Positions 29,165 through 42,428 of a stretch of DNA of 64,000 nt are shown here, piece after piece. A model generated the notes under the pieces. That model did not search any database. It was not told the DNA's origin and saw only the letters and a program-made list of their open reading frames with translations. The first letter of the stretch is position 1; every line of letters begins with the position of its first letter. Source of the stretch: Octopus sinensis. Its lineage: Eukaryota. The stretch lies in contig NC_043002.1 in the NCBI RefSeq assembly GCF_006345805.1, positions 63,426,001-63,490,000 of the forward strand, given 5' to 3'. The position numbers and the translations under genes are program-made.

Positions 29165-29727
29165 TCATACATACATGTATGTATGTACTTATATATGCAG
29201 TGCTGTTGTCTATATATACAAATTTGTAGAAAAGAATAACATGTCTAAAACGGAAAAGGGCGCGACTAACCCGTAATATTATTATTGCATGGCATAAATA
29301 TCCTCATCTCAGATTGATATTACTTTCTTCATCTCTGGTAAATATGCAATAGCCGTAAAGCGTCAATATTTAGTGAAGTATGACCAATTACAGTTTTCAT
29401 TAGGATGTTTCATCCATATGTATTTCTCACAGAATATCCTTCTGTACATGTCTATATCGGTATTTGCTTCTGCGCATTCGTACTCACACACATACATACA
29501 TACACCCACACATAGAGATAAGTGTGTATGTATTAATAAATATGCACATATATATATATATAATACTCAGAGATAATAGGATCTATATAGTCACAGATGG
29601 TTAGAAGAGGGGGGAGTCGGCAACTGTAACTGATATAGATAATGATATTCATATATATATATACACATACACACACACATATATATATACATATATATAA
29701 ATATATATATATATATATACAAATATG

Positions 29728-29803
<76 letters not shown>

Positions 29804-29952
29804 ATATATAAGACAGGCGTCTTTCAGTTTCCGTCTACCAAATCCACTCACAAGGCTTTGCTTGGCCTGAGGCTATATAAGAACACACTTGCCCATAAGT
29901 GCCATGCAGTGGGACTGAACGCGGAACCATGTGGTTGGTAAACTAGCTACTT

Positions 29953-31912
29953 TATTTCATAAATTTGTCATATAGACAGTACAAAGGGCTTTGCGGGCTG
30001 GACAAATACATTAATGAATGAAAATGAAATATAGTGTATAAATGAGAGACGAAACCCAACACCCGCCGATTGGATTTTTCTCGAAAGCATATTTTCTTCT
30101 TTTTTTTAAATCAATATGAGGTTTCGAACCTCTTACAAGGGTGAGGCACTAAAAACTCTTACTTGACATCTTTTCTTTTTTTTTCTTAAAGCACAAAATT
30201 GAGGTTATAAACAACTACAAAATAATCCAATAAGATGAGGTTTCAAACCCTGTAACGAGGGTCTTTCACCTCCTACTCTTCGATATATTCATCATTATCT
30301 TCAATGCCGCTTGAGTTCCTGTATCCCGCCATTTCCCATGCCTCACTCATGTAGGACATGTAAGTCGTGTAAGGACCACCCGGCCATATGCGACACTCCT
30401 CCCCAAATCCTTTAAGCCTTTTCCACAAGGGAAATCTTATGACCTCCACAGCTATCTGTGGAGGCCATTCGGGATCCCGTGAGAAGGGCATATCGACTGT
30501 TTTTCCACCTCCCCGCTCTTGTAGAAAAAGATAATTAATTGATCATCTTTAAGGGTGGGGGTGGTTTCTTCAACCGTGGGTGGCACAGCTTCGGGACATG
30601 CAGTCGGCACATCATCTCCCTGCTGAGATGACCCGTTCTTCTTCCTTCTTTTTTTTCTTTTCCTCCTGGCTTCGGGAGAGTGGAGCTCTTCCGCTTTGTC
30701 CGGAGACTCTCCCCCGCCTTCCGAAGCCTTAGGTTACTTCGGCGGGCAACTATTGTTGCCCGCCTTCCTTTTTAATCCTTTTTGAGTTGAGGAGGCTGAA
30801 GCCTCCTCGACCACATCCACCTCTCCCTTTGACCGGGTAGGGGAGGTGGCATCTAGTGACTGTTCCAGGACTGTAACATGGTCCTGGGGGCAGTTCCTTT
30901 TAATGTAGCTTGGCTGCAGGCACGAGTGACACTTTACCGGATACCTGCAGCCAGTTCTGTTGCGGCCGATGAGGTCCACAGGGTCAAAATCGCTTTTGAC
31001 CCTTCACAATCGACCGTCGGCAATACTCTTACATTTAAGAGCCTGGGCCCGCCATCTCCCAGTCCCCGTCGGATGGTATCTTCAATCCAATCCGCTTCGG
31101 CTCCCGGGGGGAGCCCACATATCCAGGCTCGTATTAATTTTCTTAATATAACGGGAGAAACAGTATTTCTTTGCCTTCTAAAGGCTGACTCGCTAAATGG
31201 CGAGCCTTTTTCCCGTTGTCAAACAGCAACCATACGGTTGCATGTTTGACACCACGGGATATATATTTTACAGAGGACAAATGTTTTTTAAGTTCATTTT
31301 TTATGACTTGTTTCGGGAAGACGGTGATGGAATTAAGAACTTTAGAATACGTTCTAAGTACCAGCGTCTGCTCTTCCATATCTTTTAACCATTGCTTAGG
31401 CGGGTTAATTTCCCACTCTAAGACAGAGTTTTTCTTTTTAAGTTCCTTCTCTGCCATGTCAAAAAACAGTTCAAAAGTAGTTCAAAAGACAGTCTGCCAA
31501 AAAATTAAACCGATTAAAAATAAAACAAAATAAAGGGGAGGGGAGGAAACTGAAATTAAAGTAATGAAAAGAATGAACCAAAATTTAGAAAGAAAGAAAT
31601 AATAGAAGAAGGGAAAAGTAAAAGAAAAATCTCACAAATAGCACAGACAGGGAATCCTTTGTATAATACTCCAAAAAGGTAATCCAAATGGCTTATTCTT
31701 ATTTTTCTGGCGAGATACGCCCACTAGAATTCACAAGAAGAATTTTCAAGCAAAATTCTCAATTCACCGTTACGGTGCTGAGAACCCAGTATTTTGCTCG
31801 TTATAGCGAGCCATAATTGACAATTTTTCTTTTTGTTCTTTTTTTCTGCTCGCGGAGCCGAAATTCACATCTGCTCACTGTAGCAGTCCAGACCAACAAG
31901 TGTTGCATTCTG
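29953..31912 (-). mobile_element. L1/Tx1-like non-LTR element with ORF1 only (HAL1-like), 16-bp TSD
   Basis: Flanking duplication GGTAAACTAGCTACTT (29937-29952) / GGTAAACAAGCTACTT (31913-31928). ~450-bp 5' UTR; decayed ORF1 with zinc knuckle; AATAAA at the 3' end; no RT or endonuclease sequence seen. Confidence 0.75.
30273..31457 (-). pseudogene. Disrupted gag-like ORF1 (RRM-like segment, CX2CX4[H>Y]X4C knuckle, basic/acidic tail)
   Basis: Frameshifted pieces MAEKELKK...FLPLY / LRKLIRAWICGLPPGAEADWIEDTIRRGL / PVKCHSCLQPSYIKRNCP / MPFSRDPEWPPQ...YIEE*. GC content is higher than in the flanks. Confidence 0.7.
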
Positions 31913-32773
31913 GGTAAACAAGCTACTTACCAGACGGCCACTCATGCGCATTAATATATGTATATCTTAATAGTTGGGTATTACATATTCATGTAACTTT
32001 GTAACTTCAATTATTTCGCCTTTATGCTTGACTAATCTAAATGAATTACTCAAATCTGTAAGAAAACCTCAGTTATGAAAATCTCTACATTTTCCTGGAT
32101 TCAACGCTGCCGTCAGAACTAATGATGTGAAAATATATCTGCGTGTCAAAAATTTACAAAAATTCTCAATTTATTAATTTGTAGATTCTGAACAAAATCG
32201 AGAGAAAATTCCAATTTATTAACGGCAGAATCTATGAAGATAAGTTTTGACTACCTCCGTAATTATCAAAACAGCAAGAAAACTAATTCAAGCTATCTTA
32301 ACTATTCAACAATTCGAATTATTATTATTTTTTATATATTAACCTCAATTGAGTCAATTTCCTGTCGTTTAACCGACATTTAACCAACATATTAATTCGT
32401 TTAAATATTTTTAAAAAAATTTGATGGATTGAATATTAGCTCATAAGGCCTTGCACGAGCCGTATATCTTTTGATATCAGCCGCTATTTTCTACAACTAA
32501 TTTCTCTTCAACAGAGTACCAAATACTAGGTTTAAATATGACATTGAATAGTATAGATATAAAGTTTAGTATGAGGAAACGTAAGTCAAATATCACCACA
32601 TTATATCACATGAATATCGGTTGTACACGTGCAAGAAAACCATTTCTGCATAATTTAAATTTGTGATTCTCTTCATGATAAAGAGGCATATTTAACCATA
32701 ATTACTTAAATGGTAAGTGCCAAACTCCCAAAATACTCACTAACAAATGATTATCTAATAATTATAATTATTA

Positions 32774-33154
32774 CAGAGTGGTTGTATACTGTCAACTTAA
32801 CGTGACAGTCCCGTAAAGGGAATTACACCGCTGCTATTTAGCCCTAGGAAGCATCGACGCTTCCTGTCGGCCTTGACACATTTCCTGTGTCCTTATATAT
32901 TTACAAAGGGGGGACAAACACCCCGAACAGCTAGGCCTGCATTTAGACTGATGATGGGCAAGACCCAGAAACATGCATGTCTCTAAATGCAGGCCTAGCT
33001 GTTGGGGTGTTTGTCTCCCCTTCGTATATATATAAGGACACAGGAAATGTGTCAAGGCCGACAGGAAGCGTCGATGCTTCCTAGGGCTAAATAGCGGTAG
33101 TGTAATTCCCTTTACGGGACTGTCACGTTAAGTTGACAGTATACAACCACTCTA
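32774..33154. repeat. Near-perfect foldback (arms 32775-32947 and 32982-33153, 34-nt loop)
   Basis: The right arm is the reverse complement of the left arm over ~173 bp with few mismatches. Confidence 0.95.
32941..32988 (+). ncRNA. Type I hammerhead ribozyme forming the loop of the foldback
   Basis: ATTTAGA-CTGATGA-TGGG(CAAGA)CCCA-GAA-ACATGCATGT-C|TCTAAAT. GTC triplet, cleavage after 32981; palindromic stem III. The 10.1-11.1 pair is U-A rather than the usual G-C. Confidence 0.8.
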
Positions 33155-34407
33155 TCGCTCCACCACCGCACATATCTCTATGAGATATTTAGAAATTTAA
33201 TATTTATAATTATTACGATTAATAGGGAAAAAGGAAACACATTATCAGAACCCATAACTCAGAGCACATTCAAATGGAATCTTCTTTCAGAAAAGTATTC
33301 TACGTTATGACAAATGATTATACAGCCACTGTCATAGCTAACGGTATTTAGATATTTTTAGGTATTTAGTAATTTTTAGTAATCACTTGTTGGGCTCTCT
33401 TCTTAGTATAGGCTAAATAGGCCAAAAATCATCTTAGCAAGTTTCTCCTTAGAAGATGCAGTGTATAGCAGTGTAATATACGGTGGTACCTCTTTTGGTA
33501 TAAGTTTACATCTGTTTAATTACGGTAAAAGCAAATATCCACGTAGCAACTGAAATGCATCTTCCCAAAATATTTCATTTTTGACACCCAGGGTGCAAGC
33601 ACTATTGAAACCCTTAAAGAAGAATGGATATAGCTGGAGTCTACAACTGCTTGAATTTTGTAAATGAAGGTACACTACATCTATGTTAATCTTCCTGGTG
33701 TATTTATATTATAATTCTGATAATACTAATACTTCATGGACGAAATTAATATTGATGAAAATTTAATATACCATAATTATTTATTGGCTTTAATGTGAAA
33801 GAATGAATAACTCTGTTTTGGGTACCAGTATATTCTGTCAGGAATTTTGTTGCAACTCCATGATTGATATATCATAGAAGTCCATGCAGTCTCAAAAACT
33901 CATGTCCGTGTGGGAATTATGTTACACAAATGCAGTTTGTTCATTTGTTACAGGAATAAGAGCAGGTGTTGTTCGTAAAGTTTTGTAATATTTGTGTCTT
34001 TTTGCAATATTTTATCATAAGTAGTTTTATCATAAGTAGTTTATTCAGTGCAATGACTGTCACGGTTTTGTTGCCTGATATTTATCATAATATCTTCATC
34101 TGCTCCATAGCCTAGCAGAGTTTACTTTCTGTAATTCATATTGCATTATGTTTGTTTTCTTTTACTAAATGTTTCTCCTATTATATTTATTTTATTCTTA
34201 TAGAATTTTGCAATTCAGCAATGTTGTAATGTTTTAGTAGATTCTTCACTGAAACGTACTAATTTTAAAACATTAATTTCTTTTTGTAGTAAATTATTTG
34301 CGAGAAAAGCTAAATCGTATTTTCCAGCCAGTAAGAATTATACAACTGTATATAAAAACTCAAAAATAAGTGAATATATTTCAACCTTTCTCTTTTACTT
34401 TAATTGT

Positions 34408-34623
34408 TTCATTTTCTTGTCCACAGGGTACTAAACAAGAACGGACAAAGAGATTAAGTCGATTATATTGACCTCAGTGCGTAACAGGTACTTATTTAAT
34501 CGGCCCCGATAGGATAAAAGCCAAAGTCGACCTCGGCGGAACTTGAACTCAGAACGTAACGGCAGACGAAATACCACTAAGCATTTCGTCCGGAATCCTA
34601 ACAATTATGCCAGCTCGCCGCCC
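34408..34623 (-). mobile_element. SINE family A
   Basis: aaagtcgacctcggcggaacttgaactcagaacg...gccagctcgccgcc. Confidence 0.9.
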
Positions 34624-35219
34624 TAAAGCCCGGTCCACTATATTAGAGCGTACTCCGTGGCACATTCAACCCGAAACTGCATAGATTCAAAGAGATTATA
34701 TTATTCACTCAGCCATTTCTGCGCCCATACCTATCTTTCCGTTTCCGTTTCAATCCAGCATTAGTCAACCTAGTATCACATGTCTTTGCTGATATATTTA
34801 TGCTGGTAGCCAGGCTTGGTTTCGCATTGAGCAATTGCATATTAGCCAGTGTGTTAAAGCTGTCGGGTTATTATCCCTGAGCAAAAATACCAAGTTATTT
34901 AATGCAACATACAGTAATATGTAATTCGATATATTCATAGTAACATCTAAAATTGATAGGTGGTGACATATGAACATCAACTAAACTGTTATTCTTTTGG
35001 ATCTCAGTATTTCCATTGTATCACCGTCAGTGAAAATGTTGATATAGATAAGACAAATGTCTATTAGCTTTCAGTGTGACAGTATAATGAATGTGATGAA
35101 TGTCGAAATGCGAAATCCAGTGTTATTCGGTCCTTCTTAAAATATACATTTCAATTCAGAAAAAAAATAGAAAGAATTTTTCAGTCAGAATTAGAAATCA
35201 ACACTACCACCACTAACAT

Positions 35220-35400
35220 CAACACCAACACCTCTACTCATGTAGACAACTTCAGAAAATAGTGTTGCTAGGTTCCGCACACATTTTCGTGTACTATCCA
35301 TGAGATGAAGACCTGCTGTGACCCTAGGGTCAAAGGATGACCCCGGTTCAGCAAAAGACAATGGACCATATTTCATTTAAAAAAAATATAATAATAATAA
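35220..35400 (+). mobile_element. R4/Dong-like LINE 3' tip
   Basis: LQKIVLLGSAHIF.VLSMR* followed by a short UTR and an A/(AAT)n tail. Confidence 0.5.
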
Positions 35401-36578
35401 TACTATCTCTGCGACCACCTTCCCCACTATCATTACCAATATTATTATTTTTCCCCATCTCTTTATTCTGATATTTCACTGTACCATTCAATCATTGCGT
35501 ACAGTATCAGTTGTAGAAATAAACAAGAACATTTTGTTTACATTAGATTTTCCAACTTGTTTTATGCTGAAGATCACTGCTTCAGACTAAAGTATCACAG
35601 ACTTTTCTGAGACAGCATGGTATAAACTCAGAATGTATAGGGAAATGGAGCGTATATCGTATGGTATTTCACCTGATTTCGCTTATCCCATGCAAAGAAA
35701 ATAAGATGCGTCGTATTGTGGTTAGGGCACTCATAGTCGCAACATCGCTGTTTCAATTCCAGATGAACATGGTGCGCTGCCTTTTGATGCAAAAACACCA
35801 TTTCACGTTGCTCCATACCTCAATTCTGTCAATAAATAATCTTTCAACCGGCTAACGTTCCGTTCATGGAGGAACGTTTTGATTTCAGTGACTTATAGAC
35901 CACTGAATCTAGGTAAACAAAGGATTCGAGATTGTAATGTCCGGCGGACTAGTTTGATAGCAAAGATTTAAACTTTGACGATTCCGGAAACTAAAAAAGA
36001 CAATATTGTCCTTGGAAGGATGAAACCAGGGTGGAGAGATCGGCGAAGACTATGATTTATTTCATCCAAAGAAGGTAACATCTCTACGAATCTGACAGCA
36101 TTTTTGACACATTGTTCAATAACATTGTGTTTGTTATTAACGACGAAAAGTGAATAATAGCTGCAAATTGTCTATAAAAAATCAACAATGAAATAATCCA
36201 AACAATATATATGTGCCTGTATGTGAGTGTGTGTGAGTCTGTATCTGCGTAAGCTACTGTTTGTGTGTGGGTATGTAGGTATGCGGCTGTATTTGTGCAC
36301 ACGTTGGTGCACTAACACTAAGTGCTAATCTTTCAGCACCTTACACTGCAACAGAAACATCATTGTGCTAAAGACATTGATTACGAAATCACTGTCTTCT
36401 TGAAATTTTATTTTACGCTTTATATACTGAGTTGCATCGCTAGATTATTGCTATCACTGTACCTATGCGAGATCTCTATATTTATGTTTATATGTATGCA
36501 TATGAGTATGTATGTATATATTAATGTATGCATGTATGTATTTATTTTACTATGTATGTTATGTCTGTGTCTTGTATG

Positions 36579-36616
<38 letters not shown>

Positions 36617-36644
36617 CATACAAAACACAGACATAACATACATA

Positions 36645-36698
<54 letters not shown>

Positions 36699-37219
36699 GC
36701 ATATATAAATATGCATATATTTATGGACTTATATATGTCTATATTCATGCATATATCGATGCCGTTCCTTGGCACATGAATGTGTACATATAAGCTACGT
36801 AAATGTAGAGCCAGGTGAAGTAATATCCCTATATGTATATGCATTCGCTCCTTACAACTTATATTTCAAACATTTCATCTCCGAATATGCATAGAACAAT
36901 CAACAATTGTAAGAGGACACGACAGATAGAGCAACACAAACAATACCTTGAAAACAGGGCATCGATGGGGGTGGGGAATAAGAAAGAAAAGTTAACAAAT
37001 GACAAAATCGTGGACAGGTTGAACAACATAATTGTAATGTAGGAATGGTGAATAGATCTTCAAACCTTCGACGGGATTATATAAAATATCTCTGTTGATT
37101 TTGGAGTAAATGGCTTCCAGGAAACAGTGGACAGCCTAAGTTTCGTAGTAAAATGTGGCTTGATTAAACATACGCATGTACAAACATTTCAACATATAAC
37201 TATATATGTATTTAATATG

Positions 37220-37303
<84 letters not shown>

Positions 37304-37310
37304 TGTACAT

Positions 37311-37341
<31 letters not shown>

Positions 37342-38079
37342 TGTATATATATATATATATATATACATATATATACATATATATGTATATATATAGAGAG
37401 AGAGATACAGAGAGACAGAGAGAGACAGAGATGTGTGTGTATTTATATATATTATATGTGTGTGTATATGCATGATATATATATATATATGTCTATATGT
37501 ATGTGTGTGTCTGTGTGTATGTATATATATAAATATGTGTGCGTGTGCATGCGCTTGTGTATGTGTTATACATTAATGATAGTTACATAGCAACATATAC
37601 GTGTGTGCATATGTTCTTATTATTATAAGGATGTATTTATGCAAGCCTTTGTGCCTGTAACATATGAATGTATGTCTACACACAAACAATAGCGCGTGCT
37701 CACACACACAAACACACAGACACACACACACACACATACGGAGACACTATTGTGCGTGCGCACACACATAAACTTACATACATACACATATAGACTCATA
37801 CATGCATGCATACAACTATACAAATGCATACACTTAGGTACGTAAATACATATCATATCACAAACACAGGATGAAATGACACGAAGACATATTGGGGAAA
37901 AGCTTCCTGTCTAAAAGCTTCCACGTTTGCCATAATATCTTATTGACATCCGGATGGTAATTCCGGCGTCATCTATTGTCAGCTATGATGGAATTTGTTC
38001 TCATATTGTGTTTGCCGAACACATCATTTGTGTCAAATGATATAGCATTGACAATAGGCATAAGCAAATAAACACGCGC

Positions 38080-38203
<124 letters not shown>

Positions 38204-38293
38204 ATGTTTAGCTATCTATATATATATCTCTAGCCATCTATCTATCTCTATATATGTATGAATATACTTTAAAAATATATATATATGTATACA

Positions 38294-38356
<63 letters not shown>

Positions 38357-38412
38357 ATAAATACAAATATATAAATACACACATTATATATATATATGTA
38401 TATATATCTACA

Positions 38413-38466
<54 letters not shown>

Positions 38467-38700
38467 CGTGCAGGTACAAGTACAGCTATTAAAGCACGTG
38501 CACATAAATGCATACACCAGCAAACATAGAAATGTCACCTTATTCTATCTTTTTTTTTATTTTATGAATATGATTTGCAAAACATTATTATTTGCGATAG
38601 TTTGCATATACATACATGTATACACACGCACACAAACATACACACACGTGCATATATATATACATATGCACATTTCTCTCTAAACCGCTTTATCTTTTCT

Positions 38701-38731
<31 letters not shown>

Positions 38732-38880
38732 ACACACACACAAACGCACTCACACATATATACATACACAGACATAGGTTAATATGCTTTATTCAAAACT
38801 ACCAGAAATATAACAAAAGCTGTTACTGAGAGTTTCACGTACCCGTTCATGTGACAGGGTACTTACATACATACATACAG

Positions 38881-39035
38881 ACATACAGACATTTTAACAA
38901 AACTGTCCGACGAGCAGGAACCTGAAACTCTGAGTAACAGCTGTTGTTATATTAAATAATAAAGCATATTACTCTACTTCTGGTATTCGAGCGCTATTTT
39001 GTCCACCTTGTTTCATATTTTTGTGCTTACTCCGG
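38881..39035 (+). mobile_element. Short repeat carrying a degenerate hammerhead motif (PLE tail-like)
   Basis: CTGT-CCGACGA-GCAGGAACCT-GAAACTCTGAGTA|ACAG at 38903-38940. Confidence 0.4.
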
Positions 39036-39161
39036 TATATACAGAGATAGATAGATAGATAGATTGAAATACGTCATATAATGTAAGTCTGTATTCTTAA
39101 ATGCATGTATGATTGCTAGCATACTCTACGTTTCTGCGTATTATTGTATGCCATGCTTACA

Positions 39162-39725
39162 CAAGTCAGCGTTTGCTGTATGACTCTTCCAGGAGACATT
39201 GTGTGCCATTCGAAAGATCCTGGTATAGAAGCTTCTGGAATGCTTTATTGAACGCCCATCTTTCAGCCTCGTATAGAAGAACAAACTCCACTGTTTCCAG
39301 AAACAACCTCACTTTCAATATCCTTGCTAACTTTGAATTCTTTACTTTTCTCATTTTATGGTATGCGCTCCAGTCAAGAGCTATCATTGCTAGGATGTCT
39401 TTTTCAGTACTTTGTGTTCATGCACCAAGGGATTTGAAAGTTATACCAGGGACTACCAAAAGTATTATTGAAGATACAGCATAGAAGGATGAGGATAGCT
39501 GGCTACTGCATCAGACATACCGAAGAAATTGCTAACAAACTAGTGTTCTGGCAACAATCGAAAGGAAGAACCAGGAGAGGAATGAGGAGGACGACCTGTA
39601 TCGACAACTTGCTGGAGGGTACTTCTATGGAAGGTGTACAGGAGATAAGGGCCATTATGGAAGATCGAGCTGAATGGGGAAAACGTGAGGAAACAGTCTT
39701 GGGTATTCGTGATAGAATGATTGAC
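39162..39725 (+). mobile_element. RTE-like LINE 3' fragment with 5' inversion (39162-39441 inverted)
   Basis: Minus piece FKSLGA*TQSTEKDIL...VLLYEAERW; plus piece LYQGLPKVLLKIQHRRMRIAGYCIRH...IMEDRAEW. The two pieces are consecutive parts of one ORF2. Confidence 0.8.
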
Positions 39726-39739
39726 GCATACATAGCGGC

Positions 39740-39804
39740 ATACATACATACATACATACATGCATGCATGCATACATACATACATACATACATACATACA
39801 TACA

Positions 39805-39838
<34 letters not shown>

Positions 39839-39855
39839 CATACATACATACATAC
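39740..39855. repeat. (CATA)n microsatellite
   Basis: Direct reading. Confidence 0.95.
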
Positions 39856-39859
39856 TAGA

Positions 39860-40258
39860 GATAGAGAAGAGAAACTGTGTACGGTTGTGGAAATTAGCTG
39901 CCCATCGGATGTAAACATAAAGCTGAAAATCAGTGAACTCTTGACAAATTTGATGTTACTTTATCCAGTTAAACAAGAAAGTTAACTCGAAGTTTACAGA
40001 TCTAATATATCAATGGAACTATAAAAATCTATAAAACTTTCCAGACATATATGAGCATGTCTAGATATGCATGAGAAGACTTACATAAAACAAAACATAC
40101 ACATCTGCAAATAAACATACATACAAACAAAATACCCTGTTGTTGATGTTGAAATTCCAGTGAAGGAGCTTTAGATCTAGGTTAGAAACTGGTTCTTTAC
40201 TGGCAAGAAATCTTGAAATAAAACTGAATAATGACATACGTACATATATACATACATT
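39860..40258 (+). mobile_element. RLE-type (R4/NeSL-like) LINE 3' end with internal deletions
   Basis: RDREEKLCTVVEISCPSDVNIKLKISE homologous to 48880-49400; 3' UTR ends in (CATA)n-like repeats. Confidence 0.65.
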
Positions 40259-40267
40259 TATACGTTG

Positions 40268-40360
<93 letters not shown>

Positions 40361-40381
40361 CATACTTACATACATATATAT

Positions 40382-40687
40382 ATCACGTGATAACGTGATC
40401 GACCAGACCATCAGATGTTGTTACACATCGCTGGTCACAATGCGTTCGCATTGTTTTAGCCTTTGAATGACGCCACCCCGCTGGCTAAGCGAGCCGGCCA
40501 ACAGATGAAAGAGTGGGAGAAAGAGTGGTGAAAGAGTACAGCAGGGATCACCACCCCTGCCGGAGCGTCGTGGAGGTTTTAGGTGTTTTCGCTCAATAAA
40601 CACTCACAACGCCCGGTCTGGGAATCGAAACCGCGATCCTACGACCGCGAGTCCGCTACCCTAACCACTGGGCCATTGTGCCTCCAC
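40382..40687 (-). mobile_element. tRNA-derived SINE related to family C, different tail
   Basis: Minus strand tggcccagtggttagggtagcggactcgcggtcgtaggatcgcggtttcgattccc. Confidence 0.9.
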
Positions 40688-40712
40688 ACACACACAACAC
40701 ACACACACACAT

Positions 40713-40775
<63 letters not shown>

Positions 40776-40989
40776 AATGTATGTATAAGGTGTCTCTTAG
40801 TAGTATGTCAGATGTTGACAATTGTTTCCATGGAATTAATGCTGTATATGGTTCGTGAAGCTGTTTTTCTATTTAATAGCAAGTAAATATCAAATCATAA
40901 CATATCCTAACTCAACCAAGTGTGGGAAGTTTTAATTCCTCAGACATACATCTACATATAGAAACGCTATCAATCACACGTCTTTTTCA

Positions 40990-41173
40990 GATGTGTGGTA
41001 ATAAATTTGCTTCCCAATAAAATGGTTCCTGGTTCAGTGGCCTTTTGGACAAGTATCTGTATCCATAGCCTCAGGCCGACCCAAAACCTTGTAAGTGGAT
41101 TTGGTAGACGGAAACTGATAGCCCATCATATGTGTGTGTGTGTGTGTGTGTGCGTGTGTGTGTGTGTTTTGTG

Positions 41174-41229
<56 letters not shown>

Positions 41230-41250
41230 TTGTCTCCCGCCGCCGCTTGT
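40990..41250 (+). mobile_element. SINE family B, partial
   Basis: ggccgacccaaaaccttgtaagtggatttggtagacggaaactga central domain (resembles the MetaSINE domain from memory, unverified). Confidence 0.8.
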
Positions 41251-41349
41251 ATGATTATATATTCCGACATTTTGTATGCATAAGTAATACGTTTAAAAAA
41301 TTATAAGCAATTGACAAAACGCAATATTTATAATTTAAAACGTAATAAT

Positions 41350-41950
41350 TTTACTCTATCAATATTGACCATAACGTTTCCTAATCCAAATACTTTACTG
41401 AGTCCACTCTAATCCTTGTAGCATCCAACGAAAATGAGTATGCTATTAGTCCAACGACACCTCGAACACCATAGGATTAGTGAAATACAGTAAAGAAGTC
41501 CGACAGCATTGCCCAAATAATTTTGGCATCAGCTTTAAAATTCACCGAAGGCTTAATCCCCGTCCCACCCGTCCTCTAGAAAAATCATGCTCACAGACGG
41601 AACACTTTCAGTTCAACTGGTACTGCTCTTTTAACATCAGGCAAAGTCTTTTAGGAGAAAGAAAAATATCATAACAATTCAAACAGATTCTGGATGTGTA
41701 TCACCAAAAATGTCCAGTTAAACCACTTACACCCGGATACATCTCCGCAAAAGATTACTCTTTTCTCGAATGTGCTATTGTCTCGACAGAATGGCTTTAA
41801 TACGGAATATCATTAAAGGTCTTTTCCAGGTTAGCTACTGGCAAGGCCAAGTCTCGGTGAATGTTTTAATGTATTCTAAGTGTGAAGTCGGTAAGATGTG
41901 GGATGTGCAAGGATGAGACGTAGTGGCTTTACCTTGCATAGAATACCCGT
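41350..41950 (-). mobile_element. Possible decayed RTE-type RT remnant
   Basis: LALPVANLEKTFNDIP resembles RT LYLAFVDLEKAFDRVP; the remainder is heavily decayed. Confidence 0.3.
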
Positions 41951-42428
41951 TGTTTATATATATAGGTCACCGCGGTCTTACAGGATTGGCGTTGCGTTTA
42001 GAACAAAGAATGTGGAAATAATTCATAAATTACAATGATGACAGATGCAGACAAACTTCCAAAAGCTGAGAGCGAAAACTAATTCCTTGACTTCTAGTCA
42101 TATTCAAACAGTTGTTACAGTCTTTCTCCGAATGCTGATGTGAAGGTTGTATGCATCAGCGGATGAAAAAAGAAAACACAATGGGAAAATATAGGCAAAT
42201 TGATTGTGAAGGAAAATATTTCAAGCGTTCGCTGCTTACATGAATGCTACTTGACAACATTTGACAGCAAAATATTGACAAAAAGCTGTCGAAACTGTAA
42301 GCGATTTTCTGTCTACAGGTAATGAAATGAATGCATCGAAATGGCTACTGTATACACTCATATATATCCGCATATACATACATATATATAAGTATACACA
42401 CACACACACACACATATACATATATGTA

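Larger units (their letters stand above)
29812..31950 (-). mobile_element. tRNA-derived SINE (family B) split by the LINE: 29812-29952 and 31913-31950
   Basis: The two pieces join to give the family B head, matching 49200-49370. Confidence 0.85.

Noticed and set aside
32772-33156. Tc1/pogo MITE with TA TSD
   Set aside because: The left end reads TA-CAG but the right end lacks CTG-TA, and the loop is a precise hammerhead. A MITE origin is not fully excluded.
35628-36100. Non-repetitive stretch with short ORFs on both strands
   Set aside because: Stops in all frames and no motif I could recognise; possibly an old transposon.
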